DNA of 64,000 bases, from the NCBI RefSeq assembly GCF_009914755.1, contig NC_060937.1; one strand, given 5' to 3'. How positions within the stretch are numbered: position 1 is the first letter of the stretch; each line of letters opens with the position of its first letter. The position numbers and the translations under genes are program-made. This document shows positions 30,963 through 45,578 of this stretch, piece by piece. Source of the stretch: the human T2T-CHM13v2.0 reference genome, Homo sapiens. The notes below the pieces were generated by a model. The model was not told where the DNA came from, made no database searches, and saw only the letters and a program-made list of their open reading frames with translations.

Positions 30963-31243
30963 GGAGTTTTGCTGTTGTCACCAAGGTTGGAGTGCAATGG
31001 CGCTATCTCAGCCCACTGCAACCTCTGCCTCCCAGCCTGGTTCAAGCAATTCTCCTGCCTCAGCCTCCTGAGTAGCTGGGATTACAGGCACATGCCACCA
31101 CACCCAGCTACTTTTTGCATTTTTGGTAGAGATGGGGTTTCACCATGTTGGCCAGGGTGGTCTCGAACTCCTGACCTCAGGTGATCCACCTGCCTCAGCC
31201 TCCCAAAGTGCTGGGATTAGAGGCGTGAGCCACCATGCCCAGC
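30890..31243 (-). mobile_element. AluS (Sq-like) whose tail is T36 plus (TA)18
   Basis: Reverse Alu dimer 30961-31243; TSD taaaact 30883-30889 / 31244-31250. Confidence 0.95.
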
Positions 31244-31517
31244 TAAAACTCTCTTTCAATATAATTGCTTTCCTTAGCAATCCTATACTTTTGTGCATTT
31301 CAAAATGCTTTCTTTAAATGTTGAAGTCAAAGACTTAAGCAGACTGCCAAAGAGGTGAAGTTCATGGCAAAACCATTCCTTGTGTACAGGTGGTGAGAGT
31401 TGGTGACATCCTTATGGTAGCACATGGAGGTACCCAAAGAACCCTTACCTGCATCCAGATCTCCTGAATTTTAAACGAGTGTCCTTTCCACCAGGCCATG
31501 CCTTCTCTCCAACTCAC

Positions 31518-31901
31518 TGCTATGGTCTGAGTGTGTCCTCCAAAGTTCCCATGTTGAAACTTAATGACCAATGTGATAATTTTAAAAGGTGGGGGCTTTA
31601 GGAGGAGGTTACTGAGGACTGAGCCCTCATGGATAGAAATGGGGCTCTAGTAAAAGGGCTTGAGCGGGTGGGTTGGCTCTCCCCACTCTTCTGCCATGTG
31701 AGAACACAGCGTTTGTCTGTTTGGCACTTTTGACCCACTCTACCATTAGATGATGCAGCAAGAAGCCTTCACCAGACACCAAATGCCAGTGGCTTGATCT
31801 TGAACTTCCCAGCCCCTAGAATGGCAAAAAGTAAATTTCCGTTCTTCATCTATTATCCAGTCTCAGGTATTTTGTTATAGTAGCACAAACAGATGCAGAC
31901 A
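31518..31901 (+). mobile_element. MaLR solo LTR (MST family, MSTC/D-like)
   Basis: tgctatggtctgagtgtgtcctcc start; cttgatcttgaacttcccagcc; ccagtctcaggtattttgttatagtagcacaaac...gaca end; 5-bp TSD ctcac/gtcac. Confidence 0.85.
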
Positions 31902-32391
31902 GTCACCATTTACAATGCCCTTGCTATTTGAACCTCAAACAGTGTATGAGCAGGAATAAATAGTATTTCAAATTGGCCCAGTACAAAGTGTTCCAGAAAC
32001 AGATGTATTTAAAATTAAAATAAAGGCATCAGGTATTTGAATTGCATTACCTCTAATGGAAGTTAATGTAGGTAAACTCCTTCTTCAGAACACTCTGTTC
32101 GCAGAGATACTTGTTCCTAAAACCATAATAACAGCATACCTTTGACAGGGGATTCGAGGAACCAAAACAATCATCAGGCTTAATGTAAATGACCACTGAA
32201 AGTGGTAGAAAGCAGCAACAAACATTTTAAAGGGCAAAGGACCTAGTATTGACATAACTAAAGAATTCATTCATTAAACAGTTTATTTCCATGTTGTAAG
32301 CTGTTGGATGAAGTTATGGATGTTTCCACTTATTTAGAGGGGAAATCAAGTTATTCTTACAGGCTCAGCAAGTAGACAGACAACTAAATAT

Positions 32392-32555
32392 TTGCTACAA
32401 AAAGCATGGTTTCCAGAACAGAAGCATCTGCATCACCTGAGAGTTGGTTAGAAATGCAGAATCTCAGTTCCCATCCCACAACTACTGAATCAGAATCCCA
32501 TTTTAACTAGATCCCCAGGTGATTCACGTGCACATTCAGGTTTAAGAAACCTTGT
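32392..32555. mobile_element. MER5A hAT-Charlie MITE
   Basis: gcatcacctgagagttggttagaaatgcagaatctcag...ctactgaatcagaatc...ccccaggtgattc. Confidence 0.85.
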
Positions 32556-32694
32556 CCAAAGAACACTGGAGCTGAAAAAAAATGTTGGCATGGGGGTGAA
32601 AGACTGTAGGAAGAAAGAGAATGTAACTGAAAAACATGTGAAATAAAATTATGCAAAAGCAGTTATGTGACCTTAAAAATGTATCTTCACAATA

Positions 32695-33150
32695 TTTAAC
32701 AGCTTTCTAATTTTACGCCATAAAATTTACCTTTTAAGGGTAAAATTCAATGAGTTTTAATAAAGTTAGACAATCATGCAATCATAACCACAATTCAGTT
32801 TTAGAACACTTTCATCATTCTTAAAAATTCCCTTTTGCCTCTTTGTAGCCAATCCTCACTTTCATCCCTACCCCCAAGTGACTGCTGACATGGTTTCTGA
32901 GTCTGTAATTGTGTCTTTTGTGGAAACTTCATATAAATGGAATCATATAATATTTAGTGTTTCATGCTTGGCTTCTTTCACCCAGCATAATGTTTTTGAG
33001 GTAAACCTACAGGGATCAGTGAGTAAGCATTTTATTCTACAGATATGCCACATTTTATTTATCCATTCATCAAGTGATGGCTATTTGGGTTGTTTCCAGT
33101 GTTGGGCTTACTATGAATAATAGAGCCATAAACATTTTCATATAAGTCTT
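32695..33150 (-). mobile_element. Old L1M (L1MB/ME) 3' fragment
   Basis: catataaatggaatcatataa...ggcttctttcacccagcataatgtttttgagg...atccattcatcaagtgatgg. Confidence 0.8.
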
Positions 33151-34267
33151 TCTATTTCCACGATAGTTTTGAAAAGTATTAATTGGCAGTCAGATTTACA
33201 AGTAACCTGTAAATAAAATAAAACCAAACAATAACAATAAAAGACTCAAAGAGACTTATTAGTACCCCTGATGGTCATTCTGGCAACATGTGTACCAACA
33301 AGGTGGGTATCTATGCATGCGCAGAGGGAGCCTCATGCTATCAAGTGGAAGAAAGAATGTTGTTCTGCAATTCCACAAGAGGGTTAGAGGAAGAATGACG
33401 TTCCTACTAGAACTGGATACTGATATCTGAGCTGGTGGAAAGAAAGAAAAGATGGGAGTCTACAGTAAGCATCCATGTTTTTGGTAAATTACCATAACTG
33501 GACTGGTGTGGGAGGAGTGAAGTGGAGGGTGGAGTGAGTGATTAAGCCTGGGAAACAAATGACAGGCAGAGGAGGAAAGGCACGAAAGAGGTAATGTTAA
33601 GATGAAAGGCTTACTCAGAGTGGTCAAGTATTGGGTCTTTAAAGAATGCTTATCACCTGGGCAATATGGCACCTCCAAAGGGCTAATCACAGAGACCCTC
33701 CAACAGGTCACTGATGCCTGCCTGGAATTCTTTCATGAAGCTGCAGCTACCAGGTACTTCAGGCTGCCCTAAACCTTATATTTTAAGAAGCACTGAAAAC
33801 AAGAGAAGGGAGAAGGGCGGATTGGAGTTACTTTGGCAAAAGGCAATATAAATGAAGCTAAGTGAGGGCTTCATCGTATCTTATCACAGTCACCAGCACT
33901 AGTGGTGACTCCCTTCAATGACTTAAAAGGGATCTCCTCCTTAGCTCACCCAAGGTGCTAACTAGTTGCAGCTGGAAGAGGATGGTGTAGCCCATTGAGA
34001 TAATACCCCCCCACCCCATGTAGATTTCTCCTAAGCACTTTATCAAGAAGAAACTCGGTGGTTCTGAGTGCCTGATTAGGCAAAAGTCAAGAATGATATA
34101 AGGAAGAAACTGAGGAGTGTAGTGCTGACAGGTGGGTGATGGGTATAAGCAAGAGAAGGAATAAGCCCTCTTAGCTAGAGACATGGGGAATTTCATCTGA
34201 ATTAACAGTCAAATTAAAACTTTGATCATTTTTGGCATCATTGTGAAGGCTATTAAAAAGTTGGCTT

Positions 34268-34580
<313 letters not shown>

Positions 34581-37329
34581 TTACCCAAAATCCAAAGGGA
34601 GATATCAGGGTTAAATGTATTATTTAATGTTTATCTCTCTGACTTTTGGAACTTCTTGCTCTCCCTCCCCCGCCAACATGGTGAAAGAGAAGGATTAAAA
34701 ATTCACCTAAAAGTGAAATTATACAATTGGCTAACAAATAAGAAAATAGCAACTTATTCCCTGAAATATAATTACCTGGGTCACTGTTTTGATCTGTGAT
34801 TTAATAAAACAAAATTATATGAAAAGCCCTACAGCTACAGAGATCTGAAAAAATTATACATCTTAAGCAGTAATTTACTTGGACTGGATACAAAAAGTTC
34901 AGCTCATCTTATCATGACTTTTGCATATTTTAATAAAAAATATGCTATTCTAAATCTTTATTAAAGCTCTTATGCCCTCATGCATAAGTTTAATTCTATC
35001 ATATAGGTATCTGATTATAAAATTCTAGGTTAACTGAAGGAGATATCTAAAATATTGTTCATAATATTTATTTTTATCAGAAAATAAAACCATATGAAAG
35101 TAAATTTTAAAATAATTATCACTTTATTTCTACAGCAGAAGGATTATCACTGTTACCAGTGGGAAATTTTCTCTATTGTAATGTTAAGCATACTTGTTAC
35201 TTTGCTAAGCCCAAGTTTAAAAAATTCAATTTTGATTAATTTTTTATTCATTTCAGGCAGGTTTTGAAAGCTAAGTAAAATAATTTTTTCTTCTTTCAAA
35301 AGAAACTTTTCAGGCCACACCTCACCTGCCTCTTCCTCTCCTCTTTAAATAATTTTGTGAAAGGACTAACAGAGCACACTTGTTGGATTGTTCTGAGAAC
35401 TTAAGTAATTTCCAAAAAGGTACATAAGTGAATCTACTGTTATCATCTCCCAGGATCACGGGGCCTGGTTTCTCAGTGAGCATCAGAATACTAGCAAAGC
35501 TCAGGCTACATCTTCTTTATTTTATATAATCATTGCTTAAGAAATGATTCCCTCTTTTTCCTTTTTTTTTCTCTTTAATACAAACATGTGAAGTTTGTCT
35601 TACAATTAATTAACAAAGAATCTTTAAATACCTGAAACAGCATAAAATAAAACCCTGGATAAACCTTAAATACAAAATTTGCTCTAAAATGTAAACACTG
35701 ATTACTTTTTTGAGACTTATCTTCAAATTTAAAAAAAGGTGGCAGATTATTCAGAAAAGCAAAGCACAGTCAAATTGCATTTTTTCCTTTCTGTCCAATA
35801 TACCTGCAGGTACACAATTTCATCATCTCTAATGCTATTACTTGGTTTTGCAATATAGTCTTTGAAAAGGTACTTCAACTAATCTTTTATTTTTCACTTT
35901 AATTCACTTTTTCCCTTTAACTGGTGAAAAGTTGGAGAAATAAAGAGGTTACATTCAGCCTCTGGTGTTCTGGGTGAAGGCGCTCTGCTAAGTGACACTG
36001 CCTTTCTTCTCCGGACCTCAACAGCACTCAGGGTGCCACTAGGATCTGGCTGCTGCATGAGTTTATACAAAACAGAGAAAATGAATGAAATTTTCCTAGC
36101 ATTAGTAACAGTCTGAGAAACATTTCTACCCTTTTGTCTCATAGAGGATTGTCAAGTATGGTTCTGATGATGAAAACAAGAGAAAAATAGAGATTGTAAA
36201 AATATTAGTTACCACGTACGATTGTGTACAACAGAAGCAATCTAAACAAATTGTATGCCATCTCATTTTTCTTCACTCTCTCAGTTATTCAGTCAGTCAA
36301 GATGCATCTAAGTGCTTACTATACATCTGAAACTGTATGCAAGACTCTTGGAAGGTCAAGGTGACTAAGACACAAACCATGACTTGGAGATGTTCTAACA
36401 GAGGGAGAAATACCTGCAGACACGTGAAACCTTCAGAAGCTCAGTGAAGCTTGAATCCACTAAGAATATTCTGTGTCATACTGTCAGGAGTGAAAGATTC
36501 ATTTTTGCTTCTCTTGTTATTTTCTTGAAACTTCTTTAGGTGGGAATATTTCTAGACCAAACTCAAACTCAGAAATTCTGATAAAGAAATCATTATCAAC
36601 CATACTATACATTTTGCTATCAGTTTTGGCCCTTCCAAAGGACTTGAGCTTGGATGCTGCCAAAACAGGTCCTCCCTGTGCCATGTAGGATATTTTGGGT
36701 AGCATCCTCCCTCCTAGCTTCTGCTAATTCTCCAGCTTTCTTATAATTGTGAAAGACCATTGAAAAATAGGTATATATGTGCTATAGTCAACTGAAGCCA
36801 GACTGAAACCAATGGGGATTACCTGCACAACCATAACATAAATTAGAAATTCTTGTGGTTTTGGGGGGTAATACAACTATATGCTTTAGCATTTGGATGG
36901 TTCGGAGAACTCTATTAATAGATATTAATAGGTATCTTAAGCAGAATTACAACCTGCCAGTAATGTTTCCCAATAAATTATCTTTCTAATGATACCAAAA
37001 TGGTTTATAAGCTTTCAGAGAGTAACACAACTTAACTAACTTAAGATAAACAAAGGTCTATTTCACCAAAGGAAGCAGAACGTGAACCTTTAAAATGGCA
37101 ATAATCCCTATGCAGAGCTAAGCCCACCTAAAATGATTTTAGTAATAGGATTTCCAGTTTTCCTATTTTTCCCAACATTCGTTCATCTATGCATTACTCA
37201 TCCATTACTCCTGGTCAAAAATTACCCCTTTCATTATTTCTTCTGTTCCCTTATTGTGAAGCTTACCCCCCAGGTTACAATCTGGGTCCTCTTGAGCAGT
37301 TACAAATTTAAAAAGGCAAAACTGACAGC

Positions 37330-37460
37330 AGCCACTTATTGAGCATTTACTGTATACCCAGTGCTTTGTACCCAGTCAATCATTGTAACAAGCTTACAAG
37401 GTAGGGATTGTTTATCCCAAATTTACAGTAGAGTAAACTAAAGCTCAGGGAGCTTAGAGA
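37330..37460 (-). mobile_element. MIR
   Basis: cttattgagcatttactgtatacc...tatcccaaatttacagtagagtaaactaaagctcaggga. Confidence 0.6.
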
Positions 37461-38974
37461 AGTCACTAATACCTCAGAACACTTAAATTAACTGAGGTCT
37501 TAAAAATTAATTTGTGACAAATTAAATCATCTAAAGAAGGGCAGCAAGAAAAGAAGGGAAAGGAGAGAAAAACAGCCAAGATTATTTTCTTCATAAGACA
37601 GTTATTTCTCTTATGAAAAATAAAATATACTCAACTGAAAGTCCCAGAATGTGGCATGAATTAATCCAGAGATCCTGTGATAACCCGGTTAGCAGTGGGG
37701 CATCTTGCCCCAAAATTGGGTTCACAGACTCAATGTGAATAGGAGAGAAATGGGCACTTTAGTAAGGGGATAGCTATCTTCCATTATATTCTACCTATCA
37801 GTGATGTAAAAGTAAACTTAAATTACAAGTAAATAAAAATGAATTATATGGCGTAATTTTGTACTTAAAATTTGAGGATGTGAAATTGAATCTTTCAAGT
37901 TACTTCAAAATAACTGCATCAGCAATCGTCAGCTTAGTTTTATTTCCAGCATCAGACAAGAAGGTATCTCCTATTTTCTAGCAATGATACTCATTCATTC
38001 CCAAAGTTATTATAATATGGAATTTTAGAATAGTTTTGAAGATACATGATAAATCAAGTACATGTCTTATGATAAGAGAGAAAACATGTCCTGGTGTCTT
38101 CTGTCTTGGGACTTTAAATCCTCACTTTTGCACAGCCATGCACTTCTCCCTCTGATGTTGAGGGCATCCCTGATGGATGCGACGGAAAGACATTTCAGAG
38201 AACAGGCTGTGTAATTAGAAAAAAGGATGGTACATGAGCCTCAACATTATACTCATCATTTTTCTCATCTAAGATCCACAAGCTTTTGGAAAATCAGCTT
38301 TCCTAGCTATTTCTTGGCTGACAGCAGGTAAAAAGATTTAAGATGAGAATTAATTACACCGATATAAAGTTATCAAGGGACAAGCCTATGGGACTTGCTC
38401 ATTGGCCCCAAAGGATATAAAATGTCAGAGAAACAGTGGCAGCAATATATCAATGAACCAAATGTTTCTGATGTTTGACAAAACATATTATGGCAATAAA
38501 TGATGCTGTGTTCTGTAATGAGATTGTATAAAGAAAAAAAACCAGTTTTTCAGCAGATATGCTACTTAAAGCAAGATTTCTTTATGCATATCACCAATAG
38601 TGAACAGATTAGTCCTATATAATTTTAATAATTTTGCAATTAAGAATCATGGAAAACAGATTAAAATAAAATAAACGTTGGCTGATAACAAAATTAAAAT
38701 TGTGAAATCAGACTAAAATGAACATATCCAAGATGAAGACTAGCCTTTACATTCAGGTTGTGTTTCTGGGTTGAACGTGTGCAGCAAAGTCATAATTAAC
38801 ATTTAAGAAGGAAAGTTAATTTGAATTAAAGCAATATCATGTTTCTCATATAAAAGCTTATCAAAATACAATTACATATATATTCATTTATGTAGATAGT
38901 ATCTATGGCTATGCAAGGGGAATTGTGAAAAGCTACTTTGAAAGTGCTTTCTTAGGCTATGATTATACCCCCTT

Positions 38975-40884
38975 TTTTCTGCTTTAGTGAAGTATAACTT
39001 ACACATATTAAACTGCCCAAGTATTAAGCTTATAGCTACAGCTACAGTACACACACACACCACACACACACACACACCACACACACACACACACCACACA
39101 CACAGATACCAGATCAATAAATAGAACATTTTTAGCACTGGAGATTCACTTGTGCTTCTTTTTAGTCCACAGTCTCCCCCGAGAGGTAACTACTATTCTG
39201 ACTTCTATCATAGAAGATTAGATTTTGCTTTTTTTTTTTTTGAGACAGAGTCTCGCTGTCGCCCAGGCTGGAGTGCAGTGGCGCGATCTCGGCTCACTGC
39301 AGGCTCCGCCCCCCGGGGTTCACGCCATTCTCCTGCCTCAGCCTCCCAAGTAGCTGGGACTACAGGCGCCCGCCACCACGCCGGGCTAATTTTTTGTATT
39401 TTTAGTAGAGACAGGGTTTCACCGTGTCAGCCAGGATGGTCTCGATCTCCTGACCTCGTGATCCACCCGCCTCGGCCTCCCAAAGTGCTGGGATTACAGG
39501 CGTGAGCCACTGCGCCCGGCCCAAATTTTGCTCTTTTTAAAAATTTCACACATATTGATCGTGCAGCATTTATTCTTTTGTGTCTGGTTTCTTTTTCTCC
39601 TTTTTATGTCTGTGAGATCCATCTGAGTTCTTGTGTGTATCAATAGTGTGTTACTTTCACTGCTGTGTAGTATTCTGTGTTATGAATATGTTGTAATTTA
39701 TTTATCCATTCTACTACTGATGGAAATTTCATTTGTTCCGGTTTGGGGGCCATTATTCATAATGCTGTTATTAAGATTATTTGTACATGAACTTTTAGTA
39801 GAAACATTTGTCTCTCTTGACTATATACCCAGGAGTGGACATGCTATGTTTGAATGTGTAAATATGTTTAACGTTAGTAGATTTTGCCAAAATGTTTTCC
39901 CAAATGGTTATAGCAACTGACATGCCAATAGCCGTATATGAGAGTTCTTTCTGTTCTACAACACTACCAGCATTCAGTATTCTCAGCCATGTTAATTTTA
40001 GCAATTCTGGTGGGAGTCTAATGGTATCAGTTTGTGGTATTTTAATGAGTAATGATGCTGAGCACCTTTTCATAAATTTCTTGGCTATCTGTGTATCTTC
40101 TTTTGTGAAGTGCTGTTTCAATTTATTTGCCCATTTTTAAGTAATTTGTCAGTCTTGTTTCTTGTTTCATAAGAATACTTTAAATATTCTGGGCATGAGT
40201 TCTTTGTCAGATATAAGAACTGCAGATATCATCTTTTCACTCTCATAATGCTGTCTTGTAAGGAACAGTTCTGAATTTTAAGAAAGTTCAGTTGATCACT
40301 TATTTTTTTAAGTGAATAGTGCTTTTAACATACTGTAGGAAAACTGTGTCTACTCTCTGATCATTGAGATAGTCATTTGTGTTGTCTTTTAGAAACCTTT
40401 TCTTTGCCTTACTTTTTGCATTTAAGTTCCTACTTCAAATCTGTATGTACATATAATAGGTGGTAGGGATTATGGCTCCCACTCCCTTCTTTCTGAAATA
40501 GATATGCTATTGATTAAGCACCTTTTTATGGAAAAGGCCATTCCACACCCACTGAATTGCAGTGGAGACTTTACCATAATTCAGGAAAATATACTAGTCT
40601 ATTCCAATATTAAATTTTCCTATACTTGTACCAAAAGCACAAACTGTCTTATTGTGACATCGGCTCTTAGTAAATCTTGAGATCTGTTAGTGTGAGTACT
40701 TCAAATTGTTTCTTCAATAACATTGACATTTCCATATAAATTTTAAAATCAGCTTGTAAATTTCTACCAAAAAAAAAAAAACCTGCTGGGATTTTGACAT
40801 GGATCCTAATAAATCTTTAGATTAATTTGAAGAGATATAACATCTTAACAGTATTGAGTCTTCCAATTCATGACTATGGCATGT
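38975..40884 (-). mobile_element. Old L1ME-like element (3' UTR plus degenerate ORF2), with a CA tract (39049-39103) and an AluY inside
   Basis: Minus ORF 39795-40121 is ORF2-like (KQHFTKEDTQIAKKFMKRCSASLLIK); ttccatataaattttaaaatcagcttgt...cttaacagtattgagtcttccaattcatga. Confidence 0.85.
39230..39521 (-). mobile_element. AluY (AluYe5-like)
   Basis: Ye-type features: 2-nt deletion tctcgctgtcgccc and aggctccgccccccggggttcacgcc; TSD core attttgct 39222-39229 / 39525-39532. Confidence 0.95.
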
Positions 40885-42011
<1,127 letters not shown>

Positions 42012-42849
42012 TATCATTATATATTTATAAAGATATCTTATACAAGATATACTATGTATAGTATCTATAAAGATACATATTATATGTACATATATCTTTT
42101 ATATATATAAAATAGTATCTATATTTAGTATATATAATTTTCAGAAATATATTAAAAATCCTATATGGCATTGTTACTGTTATTTTTCTTAATCAATAAT
42201 CAATTATAATATTTATGCACACATTTAAAATATCTGGTATTCTACATAATTCTATGTTCTGTTATATGCTTACATTTGATGATGAATTTATTTTATTTTG
42301 AACAATTTCCTAATAGTATACCTTGTAGTGAGTTGCTAGTGAAGAATTCACTCAGATATTATTTGTCCAAAGTACTTAAAATTAAATTGTGAGGGATGCT
42401 TTTGCTTGTTATAGAATTATAGACTGACTTCTTTTTTTTAACACTTTAATGATTACTTTCTTTTTTTCTTCAGGATTCATACTTTCTACTAGAAGGTCAG
42501 CTTAAATTTTATTGTTCATTCCTTGCAATTTTTTGGCTGCCTTTAGACATTGTTATTTGCTTGGTTTTCAACCGTTTGAATATGATGGGCTTATATTTAC
42601 TTTGTGTGTGTGCGCGCGTGCACGCTTACCATTCTTGGGGTTCTCTGAGCTTGTTAATCACACTTCTTCTGTAAGTTTTTTCACCAGCTTGCTCAGCCAT
42701 AGACTCTGCACTGATTACTTCTTCGTTTTCTCTCCTTTCTTGAGATGATGTCTCTATTTTTGTTTGATTTTTTAAATTACTATGCCATTTTCATCTAAGG
42801 TAAATAAATATTTGGTATTAAAACTAAAATGAAGAATTGAGATATGATT

Positions 42850-43680
42850 TTTGATTAAAAAATATTTGGTCTTAGTCCAGGCTTCCTGGCACACAGCTCC
42901 TAAAACCCTTGAAATCTACAAAATAATGTCTTTTTATGTGCATTTGAGATGACTGATGGCTGAAACCTCCTGAATAGTCTTAGGATGGGAGCTGGTTGCC
43001 AGAGGAACCGACCACGTGATTTGAGGATTCCAGCTTTCGGCCTCATTCCTAACCTCCAACTGAGGAGAGGGGCTGAAGGTTAAGTTGATCACCAATAATT
43101 TTAATCAATCATGCCTACTAAATGAAGCCTCCATGAAAACTTAAAAGGACAAGGTTTGGAGAGCTTCCGGGTTGCTGAATACATCCCCTTGCCAGGAGGG
43201 TAGCTGCCCCAGCTCCACAGGGACAGAAGCTCCTGCACTTGGATGCCTTCTGAACCTCACCTTATGTATCTCTTCATTTGGCTTTCATTTGTATCCTTTC
43301 ATATGTCCTTTGTAATAAATCGGCCATTGGTAGTAAAGCATTTCCCTGAGTTCTGTAAACCACTCTAGCAACTGATGGAACCTGAGGAAGAGGTGGGAAG
43401 CCACAATTTACAGCTGGTCGGTCAGCAGTTCCAGAGGCCAGGACTTCCAATTAGCATCTAAAGTGGGAGGGAGTCTTGTGGGACTGAACCCTTAACCTGT
43501 GAGATCTGACACTAACTCCAGGCAGATAGTGTCTGAATTGAATTGAATCATAGGACTCCCGTTGGTATCCAATGGAGAGTTGAAGTGTGTGAAGAAAATC
43601 ACATCTGGCATCAGAAGTAAAGATTCTTGAGAGTATACTAAGAGAAGAAATGGTTTGTTTCTTCCTATTACTCATGGATT
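42850..43680 (+). mobile_element. MER21-family ERV solo LTR
   Basis: gctcctaaaacccttg; aatcaatcatgcctac; gggacagaagctcctgcac; gtcttgtgggactgaacccttaacctgtg...taactccaggcagatagtgtc. Confidence 0.82.
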
Positions 43681-45499
43681 TCAACACAATCCTGAGTCTG
43701 TAACTTTTACTAAAGTGCTATTCTTGAAATAGGAGGGCTATAAGAAAATACCATTAATTTTATCTCTACATTTTCAATCTTTGCCGATTATTAAGAAATC
43801 TAGAATAGACTGTGATACCTCCTATCTTACCAGATAGTATGGTATAATACTCATCACTATAGTTAGCGTTACAGAAAAGTCCACTCAGATATAAAGCATG
43901 CATACTGAATCAGATTTTGAGGTGTAAATATCATTAGAATGCATTATGTATCAAATAAAAAATAAAATCTAAATAAATATTGATCCATTATTTACAAAAC
44001 CTAAAGTAGATGGGGCAGGGGCTATTAAAATACATTGAGATTCAAGTGTCTCAAGCTATTTGTAAGGTGGTCATGCACTTAACTTGAGACAGTTCCACCC
44101 AAGACATAAATAACATTAGAAGTATCCCATGAGGATTGTAAGGGGGTTGAATTTGATATTTCCTGATATAAAGTTTTTGAAAATAAGAATCAAATCACAT
44201 ATATCCCTAAAAGATAATACAAGGAGTCCTCTAACATTGGTTTATAAGACCATGTCAATCTGTTATGCAATGTTTTTATCATATATTTGTAAGACACATC
44301 CTGTTTACCAAATTATAATTCAGTTTATATACAAATGCATATCTGTGTAACTTTTATCTATCATTTTAAGCCTCTATTGCCTTTGGAAGGGAAGTAGAAT
44401 AGAAATTATGCATTTCAAAAACGAGAATTTTCTTTCTCACCGTTAAAACATGCAGCCATAAATATATTCATCTTTTAGTCTTTTTTCTACCATTCTCTCA
44501 ATGTTTCCATATTTAAATACCATTTCACTAACCTCCCCCCGTCCCCGATACACAGAAACACCTAGCAATAAAGCTTTATCCTGAGGCACATTCTACAGAA
44601 ATTTATGAGTCTGAGGATAATTTGATTCACTTGTCTCAACCTATCACTAAATACCCACATTGACATTAATCAAATTTTGAGTAGACCGATCAGACACAAA
44701 TAACCAATGAAATAGCTATCCCAGTTAAATCTCAAATTGTATTGGTCAATTAATATTGACTTCAGAGAATTCATCACCTCAAACTTCCCATATCCCAAAG
44801 CTCTCAATTTGCTTTTCGTAAAAATGTAGTATGTGGAATGGAAAGTACACAGCACCATCTTAGATTTGTTTCTAATTAAAATAAATAGAAATGTCTTATA
44901 TTCTTATATAGTAAAATCTATTAATTAGTAGTTGTACCTAAAATGGTGTACATAATTTGATGCCAGATAAATGAGCTGGATAATTGATATCACTAAAAAT
45001 TTTAAATTACTCTAAATTTAGCTTACATTTAAAAATTAAGTATGGAATTTTTATTTAACAGACGTCTGCAAATATTTTTACAATATGTATAATTCTAATG
45101 TATTGAGAATTGAATTGAGCAATGCAGAGTAGTGCTCACTGTGGCTTTTCTGACATGTAGGACTTCAAAATATTTAGCTTATGAAATAACCAATTGCCTC
45201 GGTAGTCACAGCAATAACTACTAGATAAAGACACTATAGGTACAGAGGTAACATAATCTTGTGAACATTTATTAAAACAGTAAATCTTACTTTGTAGGAA
45301 ATAAAAGGATACACTTTTATGGTAATTTACATTCTTAAGAACATGACAGCTTCCAGCTAGAAGAGAAAGAAATTTCTATTTTTGTTAATACATAATATAA
45401 TCATACATAGAAATTTCATTTTTAAATGCAAACTTTTAGAGAGTTAATGTTTAGACAGTAGATGTCATAATTTTAAAATGGATTTTGTATAGCACTAGA

Positions 45500-45578
45500 A
45501 AATAACCTTTACATTTAAAATGCAGATAGCTTGGTGTAAATAACCTTCTTTATATTTACAATGCACATAGCTTGGTGT
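45500..45578. repeat. Degenerate 38/41-bp tandem duplication
   Basis: aaataacctttacatttaaaatgcagatagcttggtgt followed by aaataaccttctttatatttacaatgcacatagcttggtgt. Confidence 0.85.

Noticed and set aside
35894-36142. GC-richer minus ORF (QPDPSGTLSAVEVRRRKAVSLSRAPSPRTPE)
   Set aside because: No recognisable homology, and the putative donor (AAT|gtaacc) is weak.
39795-40140. 108-aa and 82-aa ORFs
   Set aside because: Degenerate L1 ORF2 and its antisense.
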